From a virus (lineage: Duplodnaviria; Heunggongvirae; Uroviricota; Caudoviricetes): 49,269 nucleotides of DNA. Position numbers and translations under genes: made by a program. Positions 45,159 to 49,269 of the stretch are shown in pieces. Below the pieces are notes generated by a model, which saw nothing but the letters and a program-made list of their open reading frames with translations, ran no database searches and had not been told where the DNA came from. The DNA lies in the IMG/VR virus record IMGVR_UViG_2778261422_000003, one strand, 5' to 3'. Within the stretch, counting starts at the first letter, position 1; every line of letters starts with the position of its first letter.

Positions 45159-47630
45159 ATGAGTAAAGTCTTTATTTGCGCCGCTATTCCTGACGAACTG
45201 GCAACAAGGGAAGAAGGCGCTGTGGCTGTAGCCACAGCCATTGAAGCTGGCGACGAACGCCGTGCTCGAGCAAAATTTCACTGGCAGTTCCTGGAACATT
45301 ATCCGGCTGCTCAGGACTGCGCTTATAAATTTATTGTCTGCGAGGATAAACCTGGCATACCCCGCCCTGCCCTCGATTCATGGGATGCTGAATATATGCA
45401 GGAAAACCGCTGGGATGAGGAGTCTGCTTCTTTTGTCCCGGTTGAGACTGAATCCGATCCGATGAACGTCACTTTTGACAAGCTGGCCCCTGAAGTACAG
45501 AACGCTGTCATGGTTAAGTTCGACACATGTGAAAACATCACCGTTGATATGGTTATTAGCGCACAGGAATTGTTGCAGGAAGACATGGCAACATTCGACG
45601 GCCATATCGTTGAAGCGTTGATGAAAATGCCAGAAGTTAACGCTATGTATCCGGAGCTTAAGCTGCATGCCATCGGGTGGGTTAAGCATAAATGTAAGCC
45701 TGGTGCCAAATGGCCCGAAATTCAGGCAGAGATGCGCATCTGGAAAAAACGTCGCGAAGGTGAACGCAAGGAAGCCGGAAAATACACGTCTGTTGTTGAT
45801 CTCGCCCGCGCCAGAGCCAATCAACAGCACACTGAAAATTCAACAGGAAAAATCAACCCGGTCATTGCTGCCATTCATCGCGAATACAAGCAGACATGGA
45901 AAACACTGGATGACGAACTGGCCTACGCTCTCTGGCCTGGTGATGTAGATGCCGGAAACATTGACGGCAGCATCCATCGCTGGGCAAAAAATGAAGTTAT
46001 CGACAACGACCGCGAAGACTGGAAGCGTATCTCGGCATCAATGCGCAAACAGCCTGATGCCCTTCGCTACGACCGCCAGACTATTTTTGGCCTTGTCCGT
46101 GAACGTCCGATCGACATTCACAAAGACCCTGTGGCACTGAACAAATACATTACTGAATACCTGACTACAAAGGGCGTGTTTGAAGATGAAGGAACAAATC
46201 AGAGCGCAACTGATACTCTCTCGTCGCCAGTACCAGAAACTGATGCAGTGGAAACGGCAATTCCAGACAACGAAAAAACCGAATGCAAAGTGGAAGTCGA
46301 ACCATCTGTAGAACGTGAGGGGCCGTTCTACTTCCTCTTCACCGACAAGGATGGCGAAAAATACGGTCGCGCAAACAAACTTTCTGGTCTGGATAAGGCG
46401 CTGTCTGCTGGGGCTACTGAAATCACGAAAGAAGAATATTTCGCCCGCAAAAACGGTACATACTCAGGTTCACAACAAAATACTGGTGCATCTGACACGA
46501 CCGCACAACCAGGGTCAGTAAAAGTTACCGCTGACGAAGTAAACAAAATTATGCAGGCAGCCAATATCAGCCAGCCTGACGCCGATGAACTGCTTGCAGT
46601 ATCACGTGGTGAATTTGTTGAAGGGATTAGCGACCCGAATGATCCGAAATGGGTTAAGGGGATCCAGACCCGCGATTCTGTGAACCAGAACCAGCAAGAA
46701 ACGGAACAGAACGACCAGAAAGCGGAACAAAACAGCCCAAATACGCAACAAAACGAGCCAGAAACGAAACAACCTGAACCAGTAGTGCAACAGGAACCGG
46801 AAAAGATCTGCACCGCCTGCGGTCATAGCGGTGGCGGCAACTGCCCTGATTGTGGTGCGGTGATGGGTGACGCAACATACCAGGAAATATTCGATGGAGA
46901 GAATCAGCCTGAAGTTCAGGAAAATGATCCGGAGGAAATGGAAGGCACTGCGCATCAGCACAAGGAGAACACTGGCGGCAATCAGCATCATGCCAGCGAT
47001 AGTGAAACTGGCGAGGCGTCAGATCCCTTAATTAAGGCGAACGGTCATCATAATCTCACATCCACCAGCAGAGCGGGGATTCATCTGATGATCGACCTTG
47101 AAACCATGGGAAAAAATCCCGATGCCCCGATTATCTCAATAGGTGCAATATTTTTCGATCCGCAAACCGGAGATATGGGACCGGAATTTAGTAAGACTAT
47201 CGATCTGGAAACTGCTGGCGGAGTCATTGATCGGGACACCATTAAATGGTGGCTTAAACAATCACGCGAAGCGCAATCTGCCATTATGACCGATGAAATC
47301 CCGTTAGATGATGCACTGTTACAATTGCGGGAATTTATCGACGAAAACTCCGGTGAATTTTTTGTTCATGTCTGGGGAAATGGAGCCAACTTCGACAACA
47401 CGATTTTGCGCCGTTCATACGAACGGCAGGGGATCCCCTGCCCGTGGCGTTACTACAACGATCGCGATGTACGCACAATCGTTGAGCTGGGGAAAGCCAT
47501 AGACTTCGATGCCAGAACGGCTATTCCATTCGAAGGTGAGCGCCATAATGCACTTGATGACGCCCGTTACCAGGCAAAATACGTTTCAGCTATCTGGCAA
47601 AAACTGATCCCGAGTCAGGCTGATTCTTAA
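45159..47630 (+). CDS. ydfE: large multidomain protein (YdfE-like N-terminus) with C-terminal DnaQ-like DEDDh 3'-5' exonuclease domain
   Basis: 823-aa ORF; acidic/Gln-rich low-complexity linker; Cys4 zinc-ribbon (CTACGHSGGGNCPDCG); C-terminal motifs MIDLETMG, HVWGNGANFD, HNALDDARYQA typical of the DnaQ exonuclease fold. Confidence 0.75.
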   Translation: MSKVFICAAIPDELATREEGAVAVATAIEAGDERRARAKFHWQFLEHYPAAQDCAYKFIVCEDKPGIPRPALDSWDAEYMQENRWDEESASFVPVETESDPMNVTFDKLAPEVQNAVMVKFDTCENITVDMVISAQELLQEDMATFDGHIVEALMKMPEVNAMYPELKLHAIGWVKHKCKPGAKWPEIQAEMRIWKKRREGERKEAGKYTSVVDLARARANQQHTENSTGKINPVIAAIHREYKQTWKTLDDELAYALWPGDVDAGNIDGSIHRWAKNEVIDNDREDWKRISASMRKQPDALRYDRQTIFGLVRERPIDIHKDPVALNKYITEYLTTKGVFEDEGTNQSATDTLSSPVPETDAVETAIPDNEKTECKVEVEPSVEREGPFYFLFTDKDGEKYGRANKLSGLDKALSAGATEITKEEYFARKNGTYSGSQQNTGASDTTAQPGSVKVTADEVNKIMQAANISQPDADELLAVSRGEFVEGISDPNDPKWVKGIQTRDSVNQNQQETEQNDQKAEQNSPNTQQNEPETKQPEPVVQQEPEKICTACGHSGGGNCPDCGAVMGDATYQEIFDGENQPEVQENDPEEMEGTAHQHKENTGGNQHHASDSETGEASDPLIKANGHHNLTSTSRAGIHLMIDLETMGKNPDAPIISIGAIFFDPQTGDMGPEFSKTIDLETAGGVIDRDTIKWWLKQSREAQSAIMTDEIPLDDALLQLREFIDENSGEFFVHVWGNGANFDNTILRRSYERQGIPCPWRYYNDRDVRTIVELGKAIDFDARTAIPFEGERHNALDDARYQAKYVSAIWQKLIPSQADS

Positions 47631-47702
47631 TGTTCAACTGTCGCCGGTTGTGACTGGTATTCTGCAACCGGCGCTCGTCTGATGTAAGAGATAAAGAAAT
47701 CG

Positions 47703-47954
47703 ATGAGCGAAGTAATCATGATTGTCTCTCCCGGCAAATGGGTATCCGAAGAGCAGTTAATTGCGCTGAAAGGAATAAAAAAAGGTACGTTAAAAAAGGC
47801 CCGGGAAAAATCGTTTATGGAAGGAAGGGAATATAAGCATGTCGCTCATGACGGTATGCCATGGGATAACAGTCCATGCTTTTACAACCTGGAAGAAATT
47901 GATCGCTGGATTGAGCGCCAGGCATCAGCAAGACCAAGACGTCATCTTACTTGA
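47703..47954 (+). CDS. putative excisionase / recombination directionality factor
   Basis: 83-aa ORF immediately upstream of the integrase on the same strand; assignment by position and size only. Confidence 0.5.
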   Translation: MSEVIMIVSPGKWVSEEQLIALKGIKKGTLKKAREKSFMEGREYKHVAHDGMPWDNSPCFYNLEEIDRWIERQASARPRRHLT

Positions 47955-47988
47955 CTAAAAGCCACACTAACTAATGAGAGAAGTTGAA

Positions 47989-49269
47989 ATGAAATATCCG
48001 ACAGGCGTGGAAAACCATGGAGGGAAATTACGTATCTGGTTTGTTTATAAAGGCGTAAGAGTCAGGGAAAACCTGGGGGTTCCTGACACAGCAAAAAACA
48101 GGCGCGTTGCAGGTGAGCTACGCGCCTCTGTTTGTTACGCAATAAAAACTGGTGTTTTCGACTATGCAAAACAGTTTCCCTCCTCACGCAATCTGGAAAA
48201 ATTTGGTGAGGCCCGACAAGATTTAACCATAAAAGAACTGGCTGAAAAATTTCTGGCACTGAAAGAAACTGAAGTCGCAAAAACATCACTCAACACATAC
48301 CGTGCCGTCATCAAAAATATCCTGAGCATAATCGGTGAAAAAAATCTTGCCTCATCGATTAATAAAGAAAAATTACTGGAGGTTCGTAAAGAGCTACTGA
48401 CTGGATACCAGATCCCCAAAAGTAACTATATTGTTACACAACCAGGGAGATCGGCTGTAACTGTAAATAATTACATGACAAATCTTAACGCCGTGTTCCA
48501 GTTTGGTGTTGATAACGGTTACCTGGCAGATAACCCGTTTAAGGGGATCTCGCCATTAAAGGAATCAAGAACCATTCCGGATCCTCTTTCGCGGGAGGAA
48601 TTCATCCGTCTTATCGATGCGTGCAGAAATCAGCAAGCCAAAAATTTATGGTGTGTTTCTGTTTATACTGGCGTTCGCCCTGGTGAGCTGTGTGCACTTG
48701 GATGGGAGGACATAGATCTGAAAAATGGAACAATGATGATCAGGAGAAATTTAGCAAAAGACCGTTTCACGGTACCAAAAACACAGGCGGGAACCAATCG
48801 GGTCATTCATCTTATTAAGCCAGCAATCGACGCTCTCCGGAGTCAGATGACATTAACGAGACTGAGCAAAGAGCATATCATTGATGTTCACCTCAGAGAG
48901 TATGGCAGAACAGAAAAACATAAATGCACCTTTGTTTTTCAACCTGAAGTGTCAGCGAGAGTAAAAAATTATGGTGACCATTTTACCGTTGACTCAATAA
49001 GGCAGATGTGGGACGCAGCGATAAAACGTGCCGGACTCCGCCATCGAAAATCATATCAGTCGAGACATACTTATGCCTGCTGGTCGCTGACAGCTGGTGC
49101 TAACCCAGCATTTATAGCAAACCAGATGGGCCATGCAGATGCGCAAATGGTATTTCAGGTATACGGAAAATGGATGTCTGAAAACAATAATGCACAGGTA
49201 GCTTTGTTAAATACACAGTTAAGCGAGTTTGCCCCAACCATGCCCCATAACGAAGCAATGAAAAATTAA
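47989..49269 (+). CDS. int: tyrosine site-specific integrase
   Basis: ORF 47974..49269; C-terminal catalytic region with R...HxxR...Y signature (SRHTYACWSLTAGANP ... MGHADAQMVFQVYGKW); stop codon is the last triplet of the window. Confidence 0.9.
   Translation: MKYPTGVENHGGKLRIWFVYKGVRVRENLGVPDTAKNRRVAGELRASVCYAIKTGVFDYAKQFPSSRNLEKFGEARQDLTIKELAEKFLALKETEVAKTSLNTYRAVIKNILSIIGEKNLASSINKEKLLEVRKELLTGYQIPKSNYIVTQPGRSAVTVNNYMTNLNAVFQFGVDNGYLADNPFKGISPLKESRTIPDPLSREEFIRLIDACRNQQAKNLWCVSVYTGVRPGELCALGWEDIDLKNGTMMIRRNLAKDRFTVPKTQAGTNRVIHLIKPAIDALRSQMTLTRLSKEHIIDVHLREYGRTEKHKCTFVFQPEVSARVKNYGDHFTVDSIRQMWDAAIKRAGLRHRKSYQSRHTYACWSLTAGANPAFIANQMGHADAQMVFQVYGKWMSENNNAQVALLNTQLSEFAPTMPHNEAMKN

Noticed and set aside
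45323-46991. Minus-strand ORFs inside the 823-aa exonuclease gene (45378..45830, 46328..46813, 46602..46991)
   Set aside because: Antisense to a long, motif-supported ORF; the 46328..46991 frames coincide with the low-complexity linker DNA.

Overview
Almost the whole window is one lambdoid prophage, laid out in lambda gene order but reversed, inserted into the 5' end of the host transporter gene ydfJ (1..1284). All calls rest on reading the supplied ORF translations and the DNA by eye and on recalled similarity to phage lambda, phage 21 and the E. coli K-12 Qin prophage; no database search was run. From left to right: ydfK cold-shock-like gene; Pin invertase with tail-fibre genes tfa and stf; lom; a complete lambda-like tail module (J, I, K, L, M, H, G/G-T, V, U, Z); head and packaging module (FII, FI, E, D, C, B, W, A, Nu1) with cosB and the cosN 12-mer; a low-GC moron cluster (gns-like, ynfN-like, cspI); a phage-21-type lysis cassette (Rz/Rz1, SAR endolysin, pinholin) with an extra gene inserted; cspB and cspF; antiterminator Q; DUF968 protein; rem; hok toxin; a strongly AT-rich cargo island of three uncharacterised genes (37178..40432); an O-like replication initiator with internal iterons; the dicA/dicC immunity switch with palindromic operators; ydfA, DicF sRNA, dicB, ydfD; a large protein with a DnaQ-like exonuclease C-terminus; an excisionase-like gene; and a tyrosine integrase ending at the window edge. 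The best candidate for an undescribed system is the AT-rich cargo operon 37178..39326: a DUF262 (ParB/GmrS-like) protein with an unknown partner carrying an R-x4-H motif. It sits where K-12 Qin carries relBE, and looks like a candidate anti-phage or abortive-infection module. No tRNA, rRNA or CRISPR array was seen.
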